Shown: positions 18,799 to 27,764 of the stretch, piece by piece
How positions within the stretch are numbered: the stretch's first letter is position 1
Layout of the letters: each line of letters starts with the position of its first letter
NCBI GenBank assembly: GCA_034422735.1
Contig: DAOUJL010000079.1
Location: 37,699 to 101,698 of the forward strand
Origin: Dehalococcoidia bacterium
Lineage (GTDB): Bacteria > Chloroflexota > Dehalococcoidia > Lucifugimonadales > CATOSD01
Reading direction: 5' to 3'
Length of the DNA: 64,000 bases
Notes under the pieces: generated by a model
Databases searched by the model: none
Seen by the model: only the letters and a program-made list of their open reading frames with translations
What the model was told of the DNA's origin: nothing
Translations under genes and position numbers: made by a program

Positions 18799-20256
18799 CT
18801 AGCCGTACAGGAAGCCCAGGCGCTCCTGGCGCAGGCCGTCTCCGACGTGGTCACGGATTTCATCCAGCATGGCGAAGTCGAGCATGTCCGACACGAAGGT
18901 GATTGCCGTGCCCGGGCGACCCATGCGGGCCGTCCTGCCGATGCGGTGGACGTACTCCTCCAGGTTGCTGGGCATGTCGTAGTTGATGACGTGCGAAACG
19001 GCGGGGATGTCCAGCCCGCGCGCGGCGACGTTGGTCGCGACTAGCGCCCGGAGCTTCTTTTCCCTGAACTTGCGCATCACCCTCTCGCGGTGCGCCTGCG
19101 TCATGTCGCCGTGGATGGCCTCGGCGTCGAAGCCCTCGCGCTCCAGGTGGTACACAAGCCGGTCGACGCCAATCTTGGTGCGCCTGAATATGAGCGCCTG
19201 GGTTACCCGGTCGTGGTCGGCGAGCAGGCCGTCCAGCGCAGCCTGGCGGTCCTGTGCCGCAACCTCGTAGTAGATCTGGTCCACTTCGTCGACCGGCTCG
19301 GCGTCCCCGCCCACCCTGATCCACTCCGGGTCGCGAAGATAGCGTCGGGCCAGCCTGCGAATGGGACCTGGCATGGTGGCCGAGAACAGCAGCGTCTGCC
19401 GCGTTTTCGGCGTGGCCCTGAGTATGCGCTCTATGTCGTCGACGAAACCGATGTCCAGCATCTGGTCGGCCTCGTCCAGCACCACGATGCGCACGTCGGA
19501 GAGGCTGATGGTCCGCCGGCTCATGTGGTCCATCAGACGACCTGGCGTTGCCACCACCACCTGCGGTCGCCTGCGCAGGCCGTCCAGCTGCGTGTTCATG
19601 GACTGTCCGCCGTACACGGTGAGGCAGCGCACGTTCTCGAACTGGCCCAGGCTCGAAACCTCGGTGCTCACCTGCATCGCGAGCTCTCGCGTGGGCGTGA
19701 GCACCAGCGCCTGGATTTCGGTGGAGCCGCCGTCGATGAGCTCGACGATGGGTATGCCGAACGCGGCGGTCTTGCCGGTGCCGGTCTGCGCTTGGCCCAC
19801 TATGTCGAGACCCTGGGTGGCAATGGGGATGACGCTGGACTGGATTGGCGTAGGTTCCGAGTATCCCATGCGATCCAGGGCGTGGCCCACCGCGCCCGAA
19901 ACCGTAAGCTCGCCGAATGTGGCCTGGTCGGGGAGATCGCTGGGAATAGGGGTCGGCGCCGCCGGTGCGGGTTGCGGCTCGGGCGGGGCATCGGTCCGCT
20001 CCTGTTGACGCATGCGCCGCTGGTTACTTGGGCGCTGGCGGTCACTTCGCTCCGAGCGGTCGCGCTCGCGGTCGCGGGGAGAGCGGCGGCGCGCCGGCCT
20101 CTCGCCGCGGCGGGACGGGGCCGTAGTTCGGGCTACGTTTTCGACTTTGGGCGATTCTACTCCGGTAAGCGAGATGAGCACCTGGCTCTTTGGGGCCTCG
20201 GACACGACGGTTTCGTGCTGTACTTTGGGTTCTTCCGAGGGCGGGCGTTTGAACAC
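18799..20256 (-). CDS. DEAD-box ATP-dependent RNA helicase (true start may be ATC at 20292)
   Basis: Q-motif PTPIQ, AQTGTGKT, PTRELA, TPGR, DEAD, SAT, HGD, ARGLD, HRIGRTAR; charged N-terminal extension. Confidence 0.96.
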   Translation of the reverse strand: MFKRPPSEEPKVQHETVVSEAPKSQVLISLTGVESPKVENVARTTAPSRRGERPARRRSPRDRERDRSERSDRQRPSNQRRMRQQERTDAPPEPQPAPAAPTPIPSDLPDQATFGELTVSGAVGHALDRMGYSEPTPIQSSVIPIATQGLDIVGQAQTGTGKTAAFGIPIVELIDGGSTEIQALVLTPTRELAMQVSTEVSSLGQFENVRCLTVYGGQSMNTQLDGLRRRPQVVVATPGRLMDHMSRRTISLSDVRIVVLDEADQMLDIGFVDDIERILRATPKTRQTLLFSATMPGPIRRLARRYLRDPEWIRVGGDAEPVDEVDQIYYEVAAQDRQAALDGLLADHDRVTQALIFRRTKIGVDRLVYHLEREGFDAEAIHGDMTQAHRERVMRKFREKKLRALVATNVAARGLDIPAVSHVINYDMPSNLEEYVHRIGRTARMGRPGTAITFVSDMLDFAMLDEIRDHVGDGLRQERLGFLYG

Positions 20257-20341
20257 GCCCCCGACTTTACGAGTGATGTTTAGCAGCTTGATGGCTTGTA
20301 CCTCCTAGTAGGGCGAGTGGGGCGCCTTGGCGGCATCCCGA

Positions 20342-20380
20342 AAGCAAAAGAGGGCGCGACGCCGGCAGGCGTCCGCCCTC
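20342..20380 (-). terminator. Terminator-like hairpin upstream of the DEAD-box helicase
   Basis: Minus strand GAGGGCG-GACGCC-TGCC-GGCGTC-G-CGCCCTC followed by TTTTGCTTT. Confidence 0.55.
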
Positions 20381-20509
20381 ATTGATACGCAATAGATAGT
20401 TTGTGAATGTTGTCGTAGCATTCCGTCTTTCACGAAAGTCTAGCACACGCCGTTCTAAGTGTCAAAACGGGGCTGTTTCAGGAAGCCACACTTTGCTAAC
20501 ATCCCTCTC

Positions 20510-21754
20510 ATGCGTGAAGCGGAGCAGACAGTCGACAGGCGGCCCTTCGCCGAGAGGTGGCGCGTCCATCTCATCGTGGCAGCCCTCGCGCTCGGCTGGT
20601 CCGTGCTTTATCTGGACCGCAGCATCCTGTTTCCGCTGTTGCCGGTCATAGCAGACGATTTCGGGCTGACTGACGCGCAGAGCGGAGCCATATCCAGCGT
20701 CTACTTCATCACCTACGTCTTGATGCAGATACCCTCCGGCGTACTGGGCGACCGGTTCGGGCTGAAGAGGGTGCTGGTGGTGATGTACCTGATCATCGGG
20801 TTGGGGCTGTTCTGCATCGGCATGTTCAGTGTCAGCTACCTGCTATTGCTGCTGTTCATCGGAGTCCAGGGCTTCGGGGCGGGGGCTTACTATGCGGGAT
20901 CTTACGGCATCACGATAAGCTCGGTGCCGTCCCGGTGGCGGGGCACGAGCTCCTCTATAGTCACGTCCGGCATGGCGTTGGGGTCGGCGCTCGGACTGGG
21001 GATGGCGGGTCTGCTGTACTCGGTGTCGGAGAGCTGGCGAACTCCGTACCTGTTCATGCTCGCACCGACCCTACTGATGGCCGGGCTGATTGGCCTTCTG
21101 ATAAGGGGAGTGCCCAGCGCGCCAAAGGTGGAGGGTGGTCTGGCGTTCCTGTTCAAGAACCGCGACTTCATCCCGCTGTGCGTGACCAACTTCTGCGCGC
21201 TGTACGCCTACATGGTCATCTTCACCTGGGGTCCCAGCTTCCTGGTGGAAGAGCACGGCATGTCCATCACCAGGGCGGGGCTGTTCACGTCGGTCGTCGC
21301 TGGAGCGTCGCTGCTGGGCGCACTCACCTGGGGCAGGCTGTCGGACCGGCTGGGCCGCAAGGGTCTGACTATTGCGATGCTGAGCGGGTCCGCGGTGATG
21401 ATGTCCGTCGCGGCCGTCGTCGACTCGACGCCGGCGATTCTGGGCGCGTTCGCGGCGTACGGGTTCCTGGGCGCGCTTGCGTGGAACCCGATTATCGTCT
21501 CCTGGGCGGGCGACCACACATTCGCGTCCGGGCGCGTGGGCATGGGCACGGTCATGGGGGTGATGAACACTGTCGGCATTTCGAGCGCGTTCATCGCGCC
21601 GGTGGTGAGCGGCTGGATCAGCGACACGACGCACTCGCTGGAGATGGCATTCTTCCTCGCGACGGCGGTGCAGCTCGTCGGCGTGGTCGTGGCGCTCGCC
21701 GCGCGCGAGAGGCCGGCCCACGCCGAGAGTGCGCCGGCGACTGTGGGGCGGTGA
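20510..21754 (+). CDS. MFS transporter
   Basis: About 12 TM helices; motif A in both halves (GVLGDRFGLKR and GRLSDRLGRK). Confidence 0.93.
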   Translation: MREAEQTVDRRPFAERWRVHLIVAALALGWSVLYLDRSILFPLLPVIADDFGLTDAQSGAISSVYFITYVLMQIPSGVLGDRFGLKRVLVVMYLIIGLGLFCIGMFSVSYLLLLLFIGVQGFGAGAYYAGSYGITISSVPSRWRGTSSSIVTSGMALGSALGLGMAGLLYSVSESWRTPYLFMLAPTLLMAGLIGLLIRGVPSAPKVEGGLAFLFKNRDFIPLCVTNFCALYAYMVIFTWGPSFLVEEHGMSITRAGLFTSVVAGASLLGALTWGRLSDRLGRKGLTIAMLSGSAVMMSVAAVVDSTPAILGAFAAYGFLGALAWNPIIVSWAGDHTFASGRVGMGTVMGVMNTVGISSAFIAPVVSGWISDTTHSLEMAFFLATAVQLVGVVVALAARERPAHAESAPATVGR

Positions 21755-21763
21755 CGGTGGCGA

Positions 21764-22549
21764 GTGGCTGGTGAGCGATGGCCGGTCGCTGGAGCGTGGG
21801 CGGCCGCTGTCGCTGTTCTGCTGGCGGCCTCGCTGGCGGCGTGTTCAGTTCGGTCGGAGCGTTCGGAGATCCTGGTTCTCGCGGCGGCCAGCCTGGCAGA
21901 CGCCATGGAAGAGGTGGAGAGAGCGTTCGAGCAGGACAGCGACGTAGATGTAGTGCTGAGCTACGGCGGTTCGCAGAGCCTTGCGCGGCAGATAGTCGGC
22001 GGCGCGCCGGCGGACGTGTTCATCTCGGCAGGCGGGTCTCCCATGGAGGACCTGCGCGCGGAAGGGCTGACAGCGGGAGATCCGGTCGAACTGTTCGGCA
22101 ACGCCCTGGTTGTGGCGACCCGTTCGCCGGACCTCTCGCCGCAGTCACTGGCGGAGCTGGTGAAACTGGGCCGAACGCGGGTCGCGGTCGCCGACCCGGA
22201 ACTCGCGCCGGCGGGCCGCTACGCGAGGCAGGCGCTTGAGAGCGCGGGGCTGTGGCAGCCGTCGGACAGCTCGCTGGTGTTCGCCCCGGACGTGCGCGCG
22301 GCGCTCGCCTACGTGCAGTCCGGAAACGCGGACGCCGCCATCGTGTACCGGACGGATGCGGTGGCAACGCAGGGCGTGCGCGCGCTGAACATTGTGCCCG
22401 CGGACAGTCACGATCGGATAGCGTATCCGGCGGCGGTCGTTGGGCGGCCTTCCAACCAGGCGCCGGCGGCCCGGTTCGTAGATTTCCTACAGGGGCCGGA
22501 GGCGCAGGCCATATTCCGCCGGCACGGCTTTCAATCTCTGGAGCGTTGA
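21764..22549 (+). CDS. modA: Molybdate ABC transporter substrate-binding lipoprotein
   Basis: Lipobox LAAC, AAASL, GGSQSL, ADVFISA, PAGRYA. Confidence 0.93.
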   Translation: MAGERWPVAGAWAAAVAVLLAASLAACSVRSERSEILVLAAASLADAMEEVERAFEQDSDVDVVLSYGGSQSLARQIVGGAPADVFISAGGSPMEDLRAEGLTAGDPVELFGNALVVATRSPDLSPQSLAELVKLGRTRVAVADPELAPAGRYARQALESAGLWQPSDSSLVFAPDVRAALAYVQSGNADAAIVYRTDAVATQGVRALNIVPADSHDRIAYPAAVVGRPSNQAPAARFVDFLQGPEAQAIFRRHGFQSLER

Positions 22550-22561
22550 ACGGCATCGAGC

Positions 22562-23236
22562 ATGGACGAACTTGACCTGACCGTTATCTGGGTGACGCTG
22601 AGGGTGGCGGCGGCCGCCACCGCCGTCAACTTCCCGCTGGCTCTCGGACTCGCCTGGCTGATGGTGAGGAAGCGGATTCGCGGGCGGTTCGTGGTGGACC
22701 TGCTCGTGTCGCTGCCACTCGCGCTTCCTCCTGTGGCGGTGGGCTATTTCCTGCTGCTCCTGCTGGGGCGGGACGGCCCTGTCGGCGCCGCCGTGCACGG
22801 GCTGCTGGGCCTGGACCTGGTGTTCACGTGGGTAGCGGCGGCGCTCGCCGCTGCGGTAGTGTCGTTCCCGTTGATGGCAAGGGCGGTGATGGTGGCGATG
22901 GAAGGCGTGGACGAGCGGCTGGAGGCTTCGGCGCGCAGCTTGGGCGCGGGCCCTATACGGGTGTTCTTTACCATCACTGTGCCGCTCGCCTACACCGGCA
23001 TCCTGGCGGGCGTGCTGCTGGGATTCGTGCGCGCACTGGGCGAGTTCGGGGCGACGATCATCGTTGCGGGCAACATCCCGGGGCGGACGCAGACGCTGCC
23101 GCTGGCGATCTTCACCGAGGTGCAGTCGGGAGACAGCGGTGCGGCGGTGCGGTTGGTGGGGGTGTCGATCGCCCTGGCGGTAGTGACGCTGGCTGCGCAC
23201 AACTGGCTGCTTGAGCGGTCCGGCAGAGGTGGATAG
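22562..23236 (+). CDS. modB: Molybdate ABC transporter permease
   Basis: LPLALPPVAVG, EASARSLGA, RALGEFGAT, TQTLPLAI. Confidence 0.95.
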   Translation: MDELDLTVIWVTLRVAAAATAVNFPLALGLAWLMVRKRIRGRFVVDLLVSLPLALPPVAVGYFLLLLLGRDGPVGAAVHGLLGLDLVFTWVAAALAAAVVSFPLMARAVMVAMEGVDERLEASARSLGAGPIRVFFTITVPLAYTGILAGVLLGFVRALGEFGATIIVAGNIPGRTQTLPLAIFTEVQSGDSGAAVRLVGVSIALAVVTLAAHNWLLERSGRGG

Positions 23237-23245
23237 GCCGCGCCG

Positions 23246-23569
23246 CTATTCCATTCCCAGTTGGACTCTCACGGCCCGCTCGACCCTTCGCAGGTCAGCC
23301 CCCGACAGACGGCCAAACAGGTTGCTTACGCGCGACTTGCTCACCGTAGCAAGCTGGTTGGCCATACACTTGTGCCGTATGCCGTTTATCGTAACGTAGG
23401 CTTCACCAGAATATAGACGTCCCACGTTCGTGGTAAATGGAACAACCTGCAACCTGTTGAGAAGTCTATTTGAGGCATCGTTGCTGAGTATGACCGCCGG
23501 CCGCACCTTGCGTATCTCTCCACCGACCGATGGGTCGAAGTTGACCCAATAGATCTCACCGCGGGTCAT
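23246..23569 (-). CDS. mazF: Type II toxin, PemK/MazF family endoribonuclease
   Basis: [29 protein letters not shown]. Confidence 0.92.
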   Translation of the reverse strand: MTRGEIYWVNFDPSVGGEIRKVRPAVILSNDASNRLLNRLQVVPFTTNVGRLYSGEAYVTINGIRHKCMANQLATVSKSRVSNLFGRLSGADLRRVERAVRVQLGME

Positions 23570-23786
23570 CGGCCACGTCTCCTACGACCGCCTCTATCCA
23601 CTCCAGAGCTTCCGCCTCGTACTCCTCGTCCTCAGCCATCTGGCGATAGCCTTCTTCCAGGTCAGCCTCGATCACGTGAGGGCGCACCAGCGACTCGATG
23701 AACTCGCTTATCTGTTCACGGCCCACGGCTCTGCACAGGCCATCGTAAACCTCTTCGTCAATGGTAATGGTCAGTTTCTTCTGCAT
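23556..23786 (-). CDS. Cognate antitoxin of the MazF-family toxin
   Basis: 76 aa; [12 protein letters not shown] ribbon-helix-helix-like N-terminus, acidic C-terminus (LEEGYRQMA); overlaps the toxin start. Confidence 0.85.
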   Translation of the reverse strand: MQKKLTITIDEEVYDGLCRAVGREQISEFIESLVRPHVIEADLEEGYRQMAEDEEYEAEALEWIEAVVGDVADDPR

Positions 23787-23963
23787 CGTCAGACCTCCGT
23801 AGCACGTACAGATTGCGCATCATATCCGACGTAGTTACACGGTCAAGGGTAGCACGCGCCGCGCCGTTTGTAAGCCCATTTCGCTTTTGCTAGAATCTGG
23901 CGGGAATTGGAGAGAGATTCGACTGAATCGCAGGACTGATTCGGGCAAGTAACCGAGGGAGGG

Positions 23964-25322
23964 ATGACCATGCTCTACGAGGCCGAAAGCGGCGACATTT
24001 CCATGGCGATAACTGGGGAATCTCTGATAACGCGGGGGATGTCCATTTTCCGGGAACCCCGATTCCTCACGATGCGCGAGCATCTTCACGGCGCCGACGT
24101 GCGGTTTACGAATGCCGAGATGCTGTTCCACAACTACGAGGACCCGCCCACGCACAGGCCGGGCGGCACCTACATGCGATGCGATCCCAAGCACATCGAG
24201 GACCTGAAGTGGCTGGGCATCAACATGGTGGGCTGCGCAAACAACCACTCCTACGACTTCGGCGAGAACGGCATACTGACCAACATTAAGCACCTGGACG
24301 AGTTCGATATGCCTCACGCGGGCACCGGCAGGCACCTCGCCGAGGCAACCGCGCCCATGTACATGGACACGCCCAAGGGCCGCGTGGCGCTCATCTCGGC
24401 GACTACGACGTCGCCGCCCGGCGGCCGCGCCGGCGAGGCGAGCCGTGACGTGATGGGACGCCCCGGTGCCAACGTCATCCGCTGGTCCAGCGAGTTCACC
24501 GTCGACAGGCCCGCCTTCGACGCGCTTCAGCGCATCGCGGACCAGATGGGCTGGCCGCAGCGTGTGGCGGGGATGCGAAACTCCGGTTACGCCGACAACA
24601 TCTCGGACTCGGACACCGAGGTGCACATGCTCACGCAGCCGATGTACGGCGAGGACCCCACGGCCAAGTTCGTGCTCGGCGAGACGTTTGAGAAGCGCAC
24701 CTTCATCAACAGGGACGACCTGGAGCGCAACCTCGCGCGCGTCAGCGACGCCGCGCGGATGGCGGACTGGGTGATGTTCACGGTGCACAACCACGAGGGC
24801 GGCAAGACCGAGGACGAGCCTTCGGATCACGTGCGGGAACTGGCCCACGCCGTCATCGACGCGGGCGCCGACGTCTTCATCGGCCACGGCCCGCACCAGG
24901 ACAGGGGCATAGAGATCTACAAGGGCAAGCCCATCTTCTACAGCCTGGGCGACTTCATCCTGCAGAACGACACCGTGCTGCTGATGCCGCACGACAACAT
25001 GGTGAAGCAGGGCCTGGACTGGGACGCCACGCCGGCGGACTTCTACGACGCGCGCTCCGGCAACGAGACGCGCGGCCAGACGGTCCAGCCCATCCGGTGG
25101 CAGAGCGCCATAGGCATGACCAGCTTCCGCGACGGCGAGCTGAGCGAGCTGAAGCTGCTTCCCATAGACCTCGGCTACGGACGCAACCGCGCACAGCGGG
25201 GACGCCCGGTGCTGGCCGAGGACGAAGTGGCCGAGGAGATCATCGACCGCTTCGACCGCCTTTCCAGCGAATTCGGCACCAACTTCAAGGTGGAGGGCAA
25301 CACCGCGACGGTGACGATCTAG
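23964..25322 (+). CDS. CapA (PGA_cap) family metallophosphoesterase-fold protein
   Basis: ANNHSYDFG, HAGTG, HNHE, GADVFIGHGPH, IFYSLGDF. Confidence 0.88.
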   Translation: MTMLYEAESGDISMAITGESLITRGMSIFREPRFLTMREHLHGADVRFTNAEMLFHNYEDPPTHRPGGTYMRCDPKHIEDLKWLGINMVGCANNHSYDFGENGILTNIKHLDEFDMPHAGTGRHLAEATAPMYMDTPKGRVALISATTTSPPGGRAGEASRDVMGRPGANVIRWSSEFTVDRPAFDALQRIADQMGWPQRVAGMRNSGYADNISDSDTEVHMLTQPMYGEDPTAKFVLGETFEKRTFINRDDLERNLARVSDAARMADWVMFTVHNHEGGKTEDEPSDHVRELAHAVIDAGADVFIGHGPHQDRGIEIYKGKPIFYSLGDFILQNDTVLLMPHDNMVKQGLDWDATPADFYDARSGNETRGQTVQPIRWQSAIGMTSFRDGELSELKLLPIDLGYGRNRAQRGRPVLAEDEVAEEIIDRFDRLSSEFGTNFKVEGNTATVTI

Positions 25323-25462
25323 CTTGCAGTGGGGTGCGGCTTCCCCGACACCTTTGAAGTCGCCCCCCATGAGTAGCAGAAAGACGAGCGGAGCAGTTCT
25401 TCGCTAGCGGTAATCCCGTGAGCGTATGGCTGCTCCGCTCTTTGTACAAAGGAGGCCGGCCC

Positions 25463-26848
25463 GTGGACATGCTGATAACCAACGCCACCGTCGTAACGTC
25501 CGACGCGGACGGCACGATTATCCGGGACGGCGCCCTGGCCGTGGTGGACGGCAAGCTGGCCGCCGTCGGCAAGACGGCTGACCTCGAGCGCGCGCACACC
25601 GACCTGGAGCGACTGGACGCGAGCGGCAAGGCGGCGCTGCCGGGGCTGATCAACTCGCATACGCACACCGTGCTGACGGTGATCCGCGGCACCGTGGAGG
25701 ACATGGACGTCGACTCGGTCTACTCATACATGACGCCGATCACGTTCGCCATGACCGACGACGAGCGCGGCGCGATGGCCGCCTTGGGCTGCCTGGAGTC
25801 GATCCGCTGCGGCGCGACGACCCTGGTGGACCCGCTGCGTTTCGTGGACGGCTACGCCCAGTACATGGTGGACTCCGGCCTCCGCCTGTTCCTCAGCGAG
25901 AGCTGCGCCGACGCGCTGACGCTGGAGATTCGCCACGGGCGCTACGAATACTCCTGCGAGTGGGGCGAGGCGTTCCTGGAGCGCGCGGAGAGGCTCGTGG
26001 AGCGCTTCCACGGCGTGGACGGCGGGCGCGTGCAGTGCCAGATAGCGGCCCACGCCACGGAGAACTGTTCCCCCTGGATGCTGGACGAACTGCTGAAGCT
26101 GGCAGACAAGCACCGGCTGCGGCGGACGATCCACCTGGCGCAGAGCGCAACGGAGGTGCGGCAGACCGGCGCGCTCAGTGGCAATGGCAGCACGCCGGCG
26201 GAGTATCTGCGGGACAACGGCTGGCTGGGTCCGGACCTGCTGGCGGCGCACTGGTCGTTCTGCACCGAGGACGACATCGCCCTGCTGGCCGGCAGCGGCA
26301 CCCACATGGCGCACTGCCCCGCGTCCAGCTCGCGTCGCGGCAGCCACGCCGGGGCGAATATGCCCGCCATCGTGGACGCGGGTGTAAACGTGGCGCTGGG
26401 TACGGACAATATGTCCGAAGACATGTGGCAGGCGCTGAGCGTGGGGATCATCGTGAACCGCGGTAAGCGCGGCGGCGGCCCGGTGCCCACACCGCGCACG
26501 ATGCTGGAGTGGGCGACCCGGAACGGCGCGAAGGCGCTGGGTAGGGAAGACGACCTCGGGTCGCTTGAGCCTGGCAAGCTGGCCGACGTAGCGCTGGTGG
26601 ACCTGCGGCGCGCCCACCTCACACCCTCCAACAACCTGCTGTCCAACCTCGTCCACTACGGGCAGGCGAGCGACGTCGACACGCTCATCGTGGGCGGCGA
26701 GATGGTGATGCGCGAGGGCAGAGTGCTCACGATGAACGAGGACGACGTGCTGCGCAACGCCAGGGAGGCGACGCGCAACGCCTGGGCGCGGCTGTCCGAG
26801 CAGTTCCCGGACATCCCGCCGGCAAGCGCCTTCCTGGACGGGGCGTAG
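25463..26848 (+). CDS. Amidohydrolase (MTA/SAH-deaminase-like)
   Basis: PGLINSHTH, IHLAQS, AAHW, HCP, ALGTD, GSLEPGKLAD. GTG start 7 nt after GGAGG. Confidence 0.9.
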   Translation: MDMLITNATVVTSDADGTIIRDGALAVVDGKLAAVGKTADLERAHTDLERLDASGKAALPGLINSHTHTVLTVIRGTVEDMDVDSVYSYMTPITFAMTDDERGAMAALGCLESIRCGATTLVDPLRFVDGYAQYMVDSGLRLFLSESCADALTLEIRHGRYEYSCEWGEAFLERAERLVERFHGVDGGRVQCQIAAHATENCSPWMLDELLKLADKHRLRRTIHLAQSATEVRQTGALSGNGSTPAEYLRDNGWLGPDLLAAHWSFCTEDDIALLAGSGTHMAHCPASSSRRGSHAGANMPAIVDAGVNVALGTDNMSEDMWQALSVGIIVNRGKRGGGPVPTPRTMLEWATRNGAKALGREDDLGSLEPGKLADVALVDLRRAHLTPSNNLLSNLVHYGQASDVDTLIVGGEMVMREGRVLTMNEDDVLRNAREATRNAWARLSEQFPDIPPASAFLDGA

Positions 26849-26935
26849 GGGCCGTGGTGGGTTGAGCGACACTTCCCTACGCGGGACTCCGCAATTCGGA
26901 AGTCACAGACGACAGATGTCAGGAGGCAAGACGGA

Positions 26936-27688
26936 ATGGCTGTGGATAGTTTCCCGCCAGAGGTCGTGGAGGAACTGAAGCACTATGTCTATCGACTGAT
27001 CGACCCGCGAAACGGCGAGACCTTCTACGTGGGCAAGGGCCGAGGGAATAGGGTGTTCGCTCACGCAAACGCCGCTCTGACCGATCCCAACGAAGGCGCC
27101 GCCGACCCAGAGTTGGAGCGCATCCGTGAGATACAAGGGTTGGCTATGCGGGTGCAACATGTCATTCACCGCCACGGAATGACCGCGACGGTGGCGAACG
27201 AAGTCGAAGCCGCGCTGATAGACGCATATCCCGGTTTGGTGAACAGAGTGGTGGGAACAGGCTCAAGGGATCGCGGCACGCGGCATGTGGACGAGATAAT
27301 TCTGGAGCACAGCGCAGTCGAATTCGTGGTAGGAGAGCCGCTGATCCTCATCTCGATTGGGCAGTTGTGGAAAGAGCGCGGCGTGTATGGGGCGGTGAGA
27401 GGCCTGTGGACGATGAACAAACAGCGGGCGGAACGTTACAAGCTGGTGCTCGCCCACGTCAGAGGAGTGGTCAGGGGAGCCTACAGACCAACGAGGTGGA
27501 TGCAGGCGAATAGGCACGACTTCCCTTCCGAGACTTGGGAGTCGAATCCCGAAAGGTTGTCGAAGCGGATAGGGTTTGATGGAGACGAAGCCGAGCCGGC
27601 GGTGCAGCACCGGTACGTGGGTAAAAGGGTGCCTGCGAGATACAGAAAGCCGGGTGTACAGACGCCGTTCCAGTATCTGCATCCGTGA
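26936..27688 (+). CDS. Stand-alone GIY-YIG (LEM-3-like) nuclease-family protein
   Basis: YVYRLIDPRNGETFYVGKG..NR, EVEAALID; lower GC than flanking genes. Confidence 0.75.
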   Translation: MAVDSFPPEVVEELKHYVYRLIDPRNGETFYVGKGRGNRVFAHANAALTDPNEGAADPELERIREIQGLAMRVQHVIHRHGMTATVANEVEAALIDAYPGLVNRVVGTGSRDRGTRHVDEIILEHSAVEFVVGEPLILISIGQLWKERGVYGAVRGLWTMNKQRAERYKLVLAHVRGVVRGAYRPTRWMQANRHDFPSETWESNPERLSKRIGFDGDEAEPAVQHRYVGKRVPARYRKPGVQTPFQYLHP

Positions 27689-27712
27689 TGTTGAAGGCGT
27701 CCGATGCTCCAC

Positions 27713-27749
27713 ACTCTCCCTCTGTACATCCCTCGAAGGGGAAGGGACA
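27713..27749. repeat. BoxC-like repeat (degenerate)
   Basis: CACTCTCCCTCTG...GGGGAAGGGAC between convergent genes. Confidence 0.4.
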
Positions 27750-27764
27750 TTTGGACGAAGGGCG

